Virus record (IMG/VR): IMGVR_UViG_3300037761_000131
Coordinates: 1-24,921 of that record
DNA length: 24,921 bases
Reading direction: 5' to 3' (one strand)
Source: a virus
Taxonomy: Duplodnaviria; Caudoviricetes
Under the pieces are notes generated by a model. That model was not told the origin of the DNA. It made no database searches and saw only the letters and a program-made list of their open reading frames with translations. Made by a program: the position numbers and the translations under genes. Numbering within the stretch: position 1 is the stretch's first letter; every line of letters begins with the position of its first letter. This document shows positions 15,828-22,902 of the stretch, piece after piece.

Positions 15828-16463
15828 TCAGACCTTCGGTGGTTCCTCCATGAGGACCCGTCCCGTCAACGGTGACTTCCGCGATGGACCGGTCACCAGC
15901 GGGCCGGTGCGACCGGCTGGCTTGCGCTCCACGCTGGCCATCTGCGGCGCCGGGGATACCGGCACCGGGAGGCGGGAAACCTCCGCGGATACGATCTGCT
16001 CCGCCTGCTGAACTACGGGGATTACCCGTTCCGGGGCCTCGGGGGTTCCCACCGTCCGGGGCTTGCCGGGTCGCGACACGATCTCCACCGCAACGAGGAA
16101 GCAGAGGGGAGCCCAGGCGCTGACCACGATGGAGATCGGGTCTCCGTAGTGGACGGCGGTGCTGGTGATGTTGGCGGCCACCGAGACGGTGGCGCCCAGC
16201 CAGAACGCGATCCGGGCCCATGCGCGGGGCCGGCGGTTGCGGGCCTTGTCCTCTCCCATCGCCATCGTCGCGACGACGAGCATGCCGTCAACAGACAAGG
16301 GCAGTGCGTATGCCAGCTTGGCTGGCTGGTGCGCGAGCGTGGCTACGTCGACCTGGTGCCAGTAGCTTGCCCACGCGGCGATCCCGGCGACGATGCTGAA
16401 GCCGAGAACGTAGCCGATGCGACGGCCGACCTGCGGCCAGTCGCGGGGTGTGCTGCTGTTCAT
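15828..16463 (-). CDS. DUF2637 membrane protein (typical of actinomycete mobile elements)
   Basis: Four TM segments with 'SYWHQ', 'LPLSVDGML' and 'SVAAN'; Pro-rich tail; RBS GAGGGAG. Confidence 0.8.
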   Translation of the reverse strand: MNSSTPRDWPQVGRRIGYVLGFSIVAGIAAWASYWHQVDVATLAHQPAKLAYALPLSVDGMLVVATMAMGEDKARNRRPRAWARIAFWLGATVSVAANITSTAVHYGDPISIVVSAWAPLCFLVAVEIVSRPGKPRTVGTPEAPERVIPVVQQAEQIVSAEVSRLPVPVSPAPQMASVERKPAGRTGPLVTGPSRKSPLTGRVLMEEPPKV

Positions 16464-16631
16464 GTCCGTCTCCCTCGGACCGGCACCCCCGGTTGGGGTG
16501 CGGGAGTGCGAGCGCCGGGTGTGAACCCGTCTGGGGAGATGCCTGCTCGCTGCGGAGCGCGCGCTGAGGGCGCTCGACGCGGGTCTTGGTGTCCCCGCCC
16601 TGTAGGGCCGGTCGGGGCCTGTCGCCGTAGA

Positions 16632-16811
16632 TCAGCTGGACAGTCGAACCCGGGCGATGATCTGATCCGCCAACTCGTAGTCGCTGTCGATCGCGGAACG
16701 GCCGAACCAGTCCGCGATCATGACGGCGACGTCGGTACGCGTAAAGGAGTTGGCGAGTGCGATGATCTCGTCCGAGGTCATCTCGCTGACCCGTTTGTCC
16801 ATGGGGTCCAT
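16632..16811 (-). CDS. Hypothetical protein (59 aa, below track cutoff)
   Basis: RBS GGGAG, then MDPMDKRVSEMTSDEIIALANSFTRTDVAVMIADWFGRSAIDSDYELADQIIARVRLSS*. Confidence 0.65.
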   Translation of the reverse strand: MDPMDKRVSEMTSDEIIALANSFTRTDVAVMIADWFGRSAIDSDYELADQIIARVRLSS

Positions 16812-16921
16812 GGTTGGTGCTCCCGTCTGTGGGCGGCGGATCCAGTAAGGCTTCGGGCTGGTTCACGTGCTGTGCGGGTGGACGTACCCCGGATTCGGTG
16901 CCCCTGACCTCTTGTCCCTTC

Positions 16922-16971
16922 ACTGTAGCACGGTGACTAGTCACATGCAAGCCTACGTGTATAGTCACCTC
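16922..16971. promoter_or_regulatory. Divergent promoters with operator palindrome GTGACTAGTCAC and variant GTGTATAGTCAC
   Basis: Leftward -10 TACAGT at 16922-16927. Perfect 12-bp palindrome at 16933-16944. Variant at 16957-16968 contains rightward -10 TATAGT, 6 nt before ATG 16972. Confidence 0.7.
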
Positions 16972-17136
16972 ATGGCACGGCGCGGGCGAATGAACATCAC
17001 CGTCAGGATCGACCCGGAACTGTGGGACCGGTTCGGCGATCTCACCGCCGACCGCTCATCCGTGATCCGCGACTTCATCCGCTGGTACGTCCGCGACCTG
17101 CGGTACATGCCTCAGCGACCGGAGGGCACGAGATGA
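16972..17136 (+). CDS. Ribbon-helix-helix DNA-binding protein (54 aa, leaderless)
   Basis: MARRGRMNITVRIDPELWDRFGDLTADRSSVIRDFIRWYV is an RHH pattern common in actinophages. Confidence 0.8.
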   Translation: MARRGRMNITVRIDPELWDRFGDLTADRSSVIRDFIRWYVRDLRYMPQRPEGTR

Positions 17137-17324
17137 CCGAGACACCGGCGGCGTTGACCGCACCAACCGCGGGCACCTACCTGCTGATCCACGGCCCCGA
17201 CTCGGCCGAGCTGTGGCTGGTCGGCGACGAGGACGGCCCGGTCGAGCCCGAGCTCACCGACGTAGCGGTGGCTGCCGAGTTCGGTCAACCTGACACCGAC
17301 ATGTTCAACGCCCGCGCCAGTTGA
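17133..17324 (+). CDS. Small acidic hypothetical protein (63 aa)
   Basis: ATGA-coupled to the RHH gene with RBS GGAGGG. Overlaps the convergent gene by 40 nt. Confidence 0.5.
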   Translation: MTETPAALTAPTAGTYLLIHGPDSAELWLVGDEDGPVEPELTDVAVAAEFGQPDTDMFNARAS

Positions 17325-17509
17325 CGGACGGCCTGGGCGGCGCCTTCCCACTTGCCTTCGGCTGTGAGTTCGGCGATGCGGACGGAGTACTCCTCCCACC
17401 GGGAACTAGCCTGGGCGCGCGGGTTGAACCGTGGCCCGCCGCCGGAGTTCATGCCGTAGATGTCGCCCCAGTTGGGCATTGCTCGGCGGATGTCGTCGTC
17501 GGTGCTCAT
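17285..17509 (-). CDS. Hypothetical protein (74 aa)
   Basis: ATGA-coupled start (MSTDDDIRR); last gene of the leftward operon. Confidence 0.6.
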   Translation of the reverse strand: MSTDDDIRRAMPNWGDIYGMNSGGGPRFNPRAQASSRWEEYSVRIAELTAEGKWEGAAQAVRQLARALNMSVSG

Positions 17510-17805
17510 GACCGCCACGCCGCCATCTCGCGGTCAAGCTGGCGGGTCCGGCCGGAGATGTGCAGCGATGCTGCACCGAGGGCCGCGATGAAGATCCACG
17601 CGGCCGTGATGAAGATGTCGATGCCTCGTCGCCCATCGACGAAGTAGCGAGCCACGTTCGTGGCTGCGGCCAGCAGGGGGAGCACGATGGCCGCGATCTC
17701 AACCGGCTTCGACTTCGATCGTTCGATCAGGAACCGGCACGCGATGACCGCGAAGTAGGCGCCCGCAGACATGAAGTGGACGGCGGTGATGTAGTCGGTG
17801 CTCAT
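17506..17805 (-). CDS. Three-TM membrane protein (99 aa)
   Basis: ATGA-coupled start (MSTDYIT); three hydrophobic segments. Confidence 0.7.
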   Translation of the reverse strand: MSTDYITAVHFMSAGAYFAVIACRFLIERSKSKPVEIAAIVLPLLAAATNVARYFVDGRRGIDIFITAAWIFIAALGAASLHISGRTRQLDREMAAWRS

Positions 17806-18023
17806 CGCAGCGCCTGCTCGACTGCGGCGAGGCACGTCTGCGCCTCATCCTCGGTGGCCAGGTAGATCTCGCACGGCTTCCCGTCGACGGACACATACCA
17901 GCCGTAGGGGCCGTGACGGTAGGAGGCCAACAGCCGGCCGGACTCGGTCTTGGCGTCGCGGACCACGAGCCGTTGCGCGATGGTGTGCGGCCCGTTGATC
18001 GGGAAGCCGGTGTGCGTGGTCAT
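17802..18023 (-). CDS. Hypothetical protein (73 aa)
   Basis: ATGA overlaps at both ends; starts MTTHTGFPING. Confidence 0.65.
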   Translation of the reverse strand: MTTHTGFPINGPHTIAQRLVVRDAKTESGRLLASYRHGPYGWYVSVDGKPCEIYLATEDEAQTCLAAVEQALR

Positions 18024-18718
18024 GACTTCTCGACCGTCCAACTGCCGTCGGCCTCGATCTCCAACAGCACAGTCCCGGCGGGCAGCAGAACCTCACCGGA
18101 GTAGTCACCGATCTCATTCACGAGCAGGTCGGTGCTGTCGCCGTACGCCTTGACAATGAAGTTGCTCTCGCCGTCGTGCGTGATCGTCGCTTTGCTGAGG
18201 CCGCCGCCGAACACGTCCGGGCTGACGAGCAGGACCGCTGCGCCCTTCCCGGACGTCGAACCCGACCACACCGGAGCCCTCTGCGCCGGCTGGATGGTGA
18301 TGGTCCAACTCCCGTCGGCGTCGATCTGCAAGGCGGCGGGCGTCTCGCCGAAGTCGACCGGGCGGGTGCCGGAATAGTTCCCGATCTCGTTCACGATCAG
18401 GTCCACCGACTCGCCGGAGGCGTCGATGGCCTTGACGATGAAGTTGCTTCGCCCGGTGTGCTTGATGTTGGCGATGTGGACGAAGCCTTCGGTTAACGTG
18501 ATCTCTACGATCTTGTCGCCGCGGCCCTCAAACGACTGATCGTCGGGCAACTCGACCGGTACCGGCGCTGACGTCGGTGCCGTGGTGGCCACGGTCCCGC
18601 CGGTGACCGCGCCGGGGGGCGGGTCCTCGCCGCCGCTCGAGCATCCGAAGGCGACCACTGCGGCGACGCCCAACCCCAGGAGAACGGTCCTTCTGCGCAT
18701 CGTCAGTCCCTGCTTCAT
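18020..18718 (-). CDS. Lipoprotein with two tandem beta-domain repeats
   Basis: Signal MRRRTVLLGLGVAAVVAFG-C (lipobox), Pro/Thr linker, then two copies of H.G.SNFIVKA...DL.VNEIG.YSG...L.I.ADGSWT. Confidence 0.85.
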   Translation of the reverse strand: MKQGLTMRRRTVLLGLGVAAVVAFGCSSGGEDPPPGAVTGGTVATTAPTSAPVPVELPDDQSFEGRGDKIVEITLTEGFVHIANIKHTGRSNFIVKAIDASGESVDLIVNEIGNYSGTRPVDFGETPAALQIDADGSWTITIQPAQRAPVWSGSTSGKGAAVLLVSPDVFGGGLSKATITHDGESNFIVKAYGDSTDLLVNEIGDYSGEVLLPAGTVLLEIEADGSWTVEKS

Positions 18719-18921
18719 CGTGGCCGCCTCGGCATCGCGTAGGTGGTCGACGGGATGGTCCGGCCGTTGAGGAGACGCTCGGCCTCCGGCCGGGACACCC
18801 CGGCCGCCACCATGTCGTCGCGGGCATGCCCGCGTTGGATCGCCGCACCGTGGTAGCGGGTGTAAGCCAGGTCCAGAGCTCTGAGGTCAACGTACGACGG
18901 TTGGTAGGTCACGGTCGTCAC
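18715..18921 (-). CDS. Hypothetical protein (68 aa)
   Basis: 4-nt stop/start overlaps at both ends. Confidence 0.65.
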   Translation of the reverse strand: MTTVTYQPSYVDLRALDLAYTRYHGAAIQRGHARDDMVAAGVSRPEAERLLNGRTIPSTTYAMPRRPR

Positions 18922-19232
18922 TTCCTCTTGGTTACGGCGTCGGCTAACGCATGGGCAATCGGGCCGCTGCGCCGTGTCTGCCGCCTCTTCTGTACGGCGG
19001 CGGGCAGCGTCTCAACGCTCCGTCCCGCCCGGCGGCGCACATGGCTGCGGGTCTCCTGACGACCCACCTCGAGCCACTGGCTGAGCCGAGCCAGCAACGT
19101 GGCCTTGTGGTCGTCGCATAGGTCCAACTCGCGCCAAGCGCCGTCGACGCCCAACCGTGTCGGCTTGGCGCCGTCCTCGAGCACCACGCCACACTTGTCA
19201 CACCGCGTCAGTACGATCTCAACTCGGCTCAT
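18918..19232 (-). CDS. Lsr2-like oligomerization-domain protein lacking the C-terminal DNA-binding domain (104 aa)
   Basis: TRLGVDGAWRELDLCDDHKATLLARLSQWLEVGR aligns by eye with the Lsr2 N-domain (F.LDG..YEIDL...N...LR..L..W...GR). No IREWA/RGR motif follows. ATG 19232 is ATGA-coupled. Confidence 0.7.
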   Translation of the reverse strand: MSRVEIVLTRCDKCGVVLEDGAKPTRLGVDGAWRELDLCDDHKATLLARLSQWLEVGRQETRSHVRRRAGRSVETLPAAVQKRRQTRRSGPIAHALADAVTKRK

Positions 19233-19441
19233 GACTTCCCCTTCATGTGCTGCTGGATGGCGTCTGGGATCGCGGTACCGTCCCGCTGGATCTGCGCCGC
19301 GGTGCACGACACCACGTCGCGGCACTGCCACACCGGCATCGTCTCGGCCGGCTTGTCCTTGTAGGCGTACTCGTAGGTGTACCGGTCCATCGGCACCTTC
19401 GGTGAACGGTGACGGTGGCACTTCCAGCACTGGACCTTCAT
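19229..19441 (-). CDS. Small putative zinc-binding protein (70 aa)
   Basis: CWKC ... C-x4-C; ATGA overlaps at both ends. Confidence 0.65.
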   Translation of the reverse strand: MKVQCWKCHRHRSPKVPMDRYTYEYAYKDKPAETMPVWQCRDVVSCTAAQIQRDGTAIPDAIQQHMKGKS

Positions 19442-19731
19442 GTGTACTGAGACCTCGCGTACTCCTGCTCGGCTGCCACCGGGTCGACCGGCCCGGTCGG
19501 CTCTGGCTCGACGTACATCCCGAGGATCGAGTCGGTCTTCTCATCCTCATGCGCCCGCGGCGACAGGGGCAGCGGCAACACGCGCTGCACCACCGGGGCG
19601 GCCCGGCCAACCACCGGCTTCGGTCGCCGCCGGGCCAGGGCACGGAACGAGACCACGATGTATACGGCGAGCGCGAGTGTGATCAGAAGGATCGGGACGG
19701 CGGTCATGAGTTCGACGATGGAACTGGGCAC
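19438..19731 (-). CDS. Membrane-anchored protein (97 aa)
   Basis: GTG 19731 after GAGAGGA; N-terminal TM followed by RRRP. Confidence 0.7.
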   Translation of the reverse strand: MPSSIVELMTAVPILLITLALAVYIVVSFRALARRRPKPVVGRAAPVVQRVLPLPLSPRAHEDEKTDSILGMYVEPEPTGPVDPVAAEQEYARSQYT

Positions 19732-19744
19732 GGTGTTCCTCTCG

Positions 19745-19866
19745 TAGAGGACACCAGGGCTGGCGGCGGAACTCCACACGTCCCCACGCGGGCTCAACAC
19801 GTCACCAGCCCTGGTGTCCGTTCTAGGTGGGGAGCCGGGCCGGCTTGCCGGACGACCCGACTCCCC
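19745..19866 (-). other. Two strong hairpins in the long 5' leader of the leftward operon
   Basis: 15-bp inverted repeat GGACACCAGGGCTGG (19749-19763)/(19805-19819). A 14-bp stem (19829-19842/19853-19866) has two mismatches that are G-U pairs only on the minus strand. Confidence 0.65.
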
Positions 19867-20136
19867 CGGGACCTGACGCACCCCCACGCCGGTCTCCCGT
19901 TCTTGAACCCCCGCCCCATAGCCGACGACCCGGATGATCCCCTCAATGCCCCACCAGGAGCGGTCGCCCATTCAAGGGCTGGCACGAGGTCACGAAGCGT
20001 CGAGGGCGGGGGTAGCTATTCGGTTGACCGGAGGGGGGCCCGTACGGGTCGAGCCCACCCACCCCCCAGCCAATCCGACGCCTCGATCCCTTGTTCACTT
20101 GCGAGGATTCCGAGGAATTCTGGCGCCGTGTCCCCG

Positions 20137-20166
20137 AAGTTACCCGGGAAACTTATAGGATGTCAA
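20137..20166 (-). promoter_or_regulatory. Leftward housekeeping-sigma promoter TTGACA-N18-TAACTT overlapped by operator 1
   Basis: TGTCAA at 20161-20166 and AAGTTA at 20137-20142. Near-palindrome AAGTTACCCGGGAAACTT spans 20137-20154. Confidence 0.75.
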
Positions 20167-20187
20167 GCATTCGATTCGACGCATTGT

Positions 20188-20203
20188 CTTGCCCGGGAAA
20201 CTT
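20188..20203. promoter_or_regulatory. Operator copy 2 (CTTGCCCGGGAAACTT)
   Basis: Variant of TTACCCGGGTAAC, just upstream of the GntR gene. Confidence 0.65.
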
Positions 20204-20217
20204 GGATGTGATCTTCT

Positions 20218-20544
20218 ATGCCACGCGAGGACTACCGAGGAATGCGAGACACAGACGTGGCCGAGAAGATGTGGAACCGACGCACGATCATCGCCGATAT
20301 CGAGCAGATGATTGCCTCGGGCCTGTGGCCCCCGGGAACGAAACTCCCCACCCGGGAGGACATGGCCCGCCACTACGGCGTCGGCAAGACCGCGATCGAC
20401 GGAGTGATCGACATCATGAAGGCGGCCGGCACCCTCCGGGGTGTGCAGGGTGGCCGGGTCTACGTCGCCGGTGGCGCCGCGAGCGAAACCACGGGGCCGA
20501 TGCCGACGGACACTGACGGTCATGACGGCAAACCTAATCCGTGA
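20218..20544 (+). CDS. GntR-family winged-HTH regulator, DNA-binding domain only (start may be 20242 or later)
   Basis: 'IIADIEQMIASGLWPPGTKLPT..DMARHYGVGKTAI....L....GGRVYV' is the GntR wHTH pattern. Confidence 0.85.
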   Translation: MPREDYRGMRDTDVAEKMWNRRTIIADIEQMIASGLWPPGTKLPTREDMARHYGVGKTAIDGVIDIMKAAGTLRGVQGGRVYVAGGAASETTGPMPTDTDGHDGKPNP

Positions 20545-20560
20545 TCTTACCCGGGTAACT
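20545..20560. promoter_or_regulatory. Operator copy 3 (perfect palindrome TTACCCGGGTAA at 20547-20558)
   Basis: Lies immediately after the GntR stop, upstream of the gene at 20649. Confidence 0.65.
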
Positions 20561-20648
20561 CAGCCGTTCGGATGATGTCCAGCGGCCCGCTTCGGGCGTT
20601 GAATTGGCGGATCACCCACTGTCCACACACGACCATTGGGGGTCACCA

Positions 20649-20981
20649 ATGCCGACGTCGGCCGTCCTGCTCATCGTGGTCATTGTCCTGTCGATCGCCC
20701 AGACAGCTCTGACCGTGGTGATGCTGAGGCGTCGGCCCCGGCAACGGCCGGCCCGGCGTGCGGTCGGCGTGGCACCGATCCACGTCGTCGACATCAGCCG
20801 ACGGCGAACCCACGTCGACTGGGCGGCCCAGGATGAGACCGTCCAGATCCCGAGGGTCCAGGACAAGCCGATCCAGGACAAGCCGCGGCGTCGTCGCCGC
20901 CGGCCACCGCGCCAGCCGGTCCCCGGGCTGGACGCCGAGGTGATCGAGATTGGCCGCCGGATCTCGGCCAAGATCCGCTAA
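20649..20981 (+). CDS. Membrane-anchored basic protein (110 aa)
   Basis: ATG 20649 after GGGGGT; N-terminal TM then RRRP. Contains a tandem duplication with 15-nt period (VQDKP-IQDKP, 20857-20885). Confidence 0.7.
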   Translation: MPTSAVLLIVVIVLSIAQTALTVVMLRRRPRQRPARRAVGVAPIHVVDISRRRTHVDWAAQDETVQIPRVQDKPIQDKPRRRRRRPPRQPVPGLDAEVIEIGRRISAKIR

Positions 20982-20995
20982 TCCGGGGGGACAGG

Positions 20996-21029
20996 AGCCC
21001 GGCCCCAGTTTGGGGCCGGGCTTCTTTGT
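20996..21029 (+). terminator. Intrinsic terminator
   Basis: AGCCCGGCCCCA-gtt-TGGGGCCGGGCT followed by TCTTTGT. Confidence 0.85.
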
Positions 21030-21149
21030 GATCTCTGTGCGTCACACGTGCGTCACGAGCCCTTGAAATGTGTGGACAACAGCAGACACGCCTTGACATG
21101 AAACCGCAGGTCAGGGCACATGTGGCGGCTCTGACCTGCGGTTCGTCCG

Positions 21150-21196
21150 TCCTTGACACGGAAGAGGTCACTGGTTCAAACCCAGTATCGCCCACC
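21150..21196 (+). other. attP common core = 3' half of tRNA-Val(GAC)
   Basis: TCC-TTGACAC-GGAAG-AGGTC-ACTGGTTCAAACCCAGT-ATCGCCC-ACC gives anticodon loop, T-arm and acceptor 3' strand. No D-arm or 5' half upstream. Confidence 0.9.
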
Positions 21197-21208
21197 CACA
21201 TAACCGCA

Positions 21209-21246
21209 GGTCACCGGCCATTAAGCGCCGGTGGCCTTCTTCTTTG
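21209..21246 (+). terminator. Terminator downstream of att core (would end the reconstituted tRNA transcript in the prophage)
   Basis: GGTCACCGGC-cattaagc-GCCGGTGGCC followed by TTCTTCTTT; spans the integrase stop. Confidence 0.7.
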
Positions 21247-22366
21247 CCCGAGCCCGTGCGTCACTCGTGCGTCGCCAGCTGTCGACCACCTTGTCGTGTG
21301 CGTCAGGGGCCAAGTGGCTGTAGCGCTGCGTGGTGGCGTAGGACTCATGGCCGAGCAGGCTCTGCACCCGGTATAGGTCGACGCCGTCCTGCACCAGCCA
21401 GCTCGCCGCGGTGTGGCGCATGGCCCGCGGTGCCAGCCGGCGGACGCCCGCCCGGGCGAGGGCCGGATACCAGACCCGCAGCCGGAAGTCCGAGTCGTCG
21501 ACCAGTCCGCCCTTCGGTGCGGTGAACACCGCCGCCTCGATCGGCCGGCCGACCATCAGCGCGGACAGGTTCGGCATCTGCCACGGCGGCACCGGCACGA
21601 TCCGGTGGGACCTGCGGGACTTCGGATACTCCCGCAGCCCGTGTCTCGTTTGCACGCGGGTCACCTCGATCTGGCCTCTCATCCAGTTGACCCGGTCGCC
21701 GTGCAGGCCGTAGATCTCGCCGGGCCGCAGCCCGACCCACATCCCGACGCCGACCAGCGCCGACCACTGGGGTGCGAAGTCGCGCTCAAGGGCGGCGAGG
21801 AGTTGCTCGGCCTCCTCGTGGGTGTAGAAGTCGATCGGCGAGGGCGGAATGGTCGGGAGTTTCAGGTCGGCGAACGGGTTACTGACCACGAGCGGGGGTC
21901 GTTCCCGGACGGCGGATTCGAAGAGGCTCGACATCACGTGGACGGCGGCGTGGACGGTGGCCGCCGCGATCGTTGGAGCGTCCCCACCGGCCGCCTTGCC
22001 CCGGTGTCGGGCGCGTCGCTTCGCCTTGAGCTCGTCCGCCCACGCCTGGGCTTCGAGTCGGGTGACGGCATCCAGCGGCCATCGGCCCCACTGGTCCTCG
22101 CAGTGAGTGCGCCACAGTGAGTCGGTCTTGTCGCTGGTGACGGCCTCGACACCACGGGCGGCCGTCACCCGGACGTGCCAATCCTCGACGGTGATCCGCC
22201 CGGCCCGCGGATCCCGCACGTCGCCGCGGGCGAACTGCGCCTCCATCTCGCGGGCCCAGTCGGCGACGACCCGCTTGAGCGAGTCGGTCGCCGTGTGCCG
22301 CCGGCCGGACGGGTGCCGGACGGTGGCCTGCCACTTGCCGGACGGAAGCCGACGGAAGGCGGCCAT
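21221..22366 (-). CDS. int: Tyrosine integrase
   Basis: N-terminal arm-binding 'RRLPSGKWQATVR', catalytic R (GLRPGE), K (YPKS), RxxRH (PRAMRHT), LLGH and Y (TTQRYSH). Confidence 0.95.
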   Translation of the reverse strand: MAAFRRLPSGKWQATVRHPSGRRHTATDSLKRVVADWAREMEAQFARGDVRDPRAGRITVEDWHVRVTAARGVEAVTSDKTDSLWRTHCEDQWGRWPLDAVTRLEAQAWADELKAKRRARHRGKAAGGDAPTIAAATVHAAVHVMSSLFESAVRERPPLVVSNPFADLKLPTIPPSPIDFYTHEEAEQLLAALERDFAPQWSALVGVGMWVGLRPGEIYGLHGDRVNWMRGQIEVTRVQTRHGLREYPKSRRSHRIVPVPPWQMPNLSALMVGRPIEAAVFTAPKGGLVDDSDFRLRVWYPALARAGVRRLAPRAMRHTAASWLVQDGVDLYRVQSLLGHESYATTQRYSHLAPDAHDKVVDSWRRTSDARARAKKKATGA

Positions 22367-22902
22367 CAGCTCGCCCTCCTTCGGCGGCGTGGTGTCTGGT
22401 TGGGTTCGGGCAGGTCGGCGAGGTAGCGCAGGGTCGCCCGGATGTGCGTCTTGGTGGTGGCCGACACGTCGGGGTCGGCGAGCTTGCGCAGCAGCTTCAG
22501 GACGTCGGGGTCCATCGGCGGGTCGGGTGCGGTGGTCTGGCGTATGTCGGTGCGGAGTGTGGCGAGCGCTTCGTCGAGGTTCAGGCCGAGCCCTCGGCAG
22601 AACATCTCGAGCTTGACGAGCCGGGGGATCTGCTGGCCGTTCTGCCAGCGGTGGAACGTCGAGGCCGGGATGCCGGCGGCTTTCGCGATCTGCGGGTCGG
22701 TCAACCCGCGGGCGCGCGCATTGTCCAGACCGCGCTTGATGAACTGCGCGAAACGGGTCCGATTGAGCTGGGGCAGAGTCACGAGTTCAAGGTAAGTGGC
22801 GTTTACGTCACGGCGGTCCCGTGGACGCGAGTAGTCGCGTCCGTGCGCTGGGGACACCCGTTCGGTACGTGTGTGGACTCGCTTTGGCATGTTGGACTCC
22901 AT
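22366..22902 (-). CDS. Immunity repressor, XRE-type HTH (alternative start GTG 22782)
   Basis: 'GLTDPQIAKAAGIPASTFHRWQNGQQIP' HTH. TGATG-coupled to int and divergent from the xis/cro-like gene. Confidence 0.85.
   Translation of the reverse strand: MESNMPKRVHTRTERVSPAHGRDYSRPRDRRDVNATYLELVTLPQLNRTRFAQFIKRGLDNARARGLTDPQIAKAAGIPASTFHRWQNGQQIPRLVKLEMFCRGLGLNLDEALATLRTDIRQTTAPDPPMDPDVLKLLRKLADPDVSATTKTHIRATLRYLADLPEPNQTPRRRRRAS

Larger units (their letters stand above)
21037..21306. mobile_element. attP: attP region: arm-type repeats GTGCGTCAC and AACCGCAGGTCA boxes around the core
   Basis: GTGCGTCAC at 21037, 21048 and 21256, with variants at 21267 and 21298. AACCGCAGGTCA at 21102 and 21202, inverted at 21132. 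Adjacent to the 3' end of the integrase. Confidence 0.8.

Noticed and set aside
21120-21200. Complete tRNA-Val gene
   Set aside because: Only the anticodon loop to acceptor 3' strand is present. The upstream sequence cannot form a D-arm or acceptor 5' strand, so it is the attP core.
20794-21376. ORFs 20794..21201 (-) and 21068..21376 (+)
   Set aside because: They translate the tRNA fragment and att repeats ('VGDTGFEPVTSSV', 'EEVTGSNPVSPT'), which is a typical artefact.
21221-22902. Integration-dependent immunity system (attP inside the repressor gene)
   Set aside because: The attP core lies downstream of int, not within the repressor, and the integrase retains an N-terminal arm-binding region.
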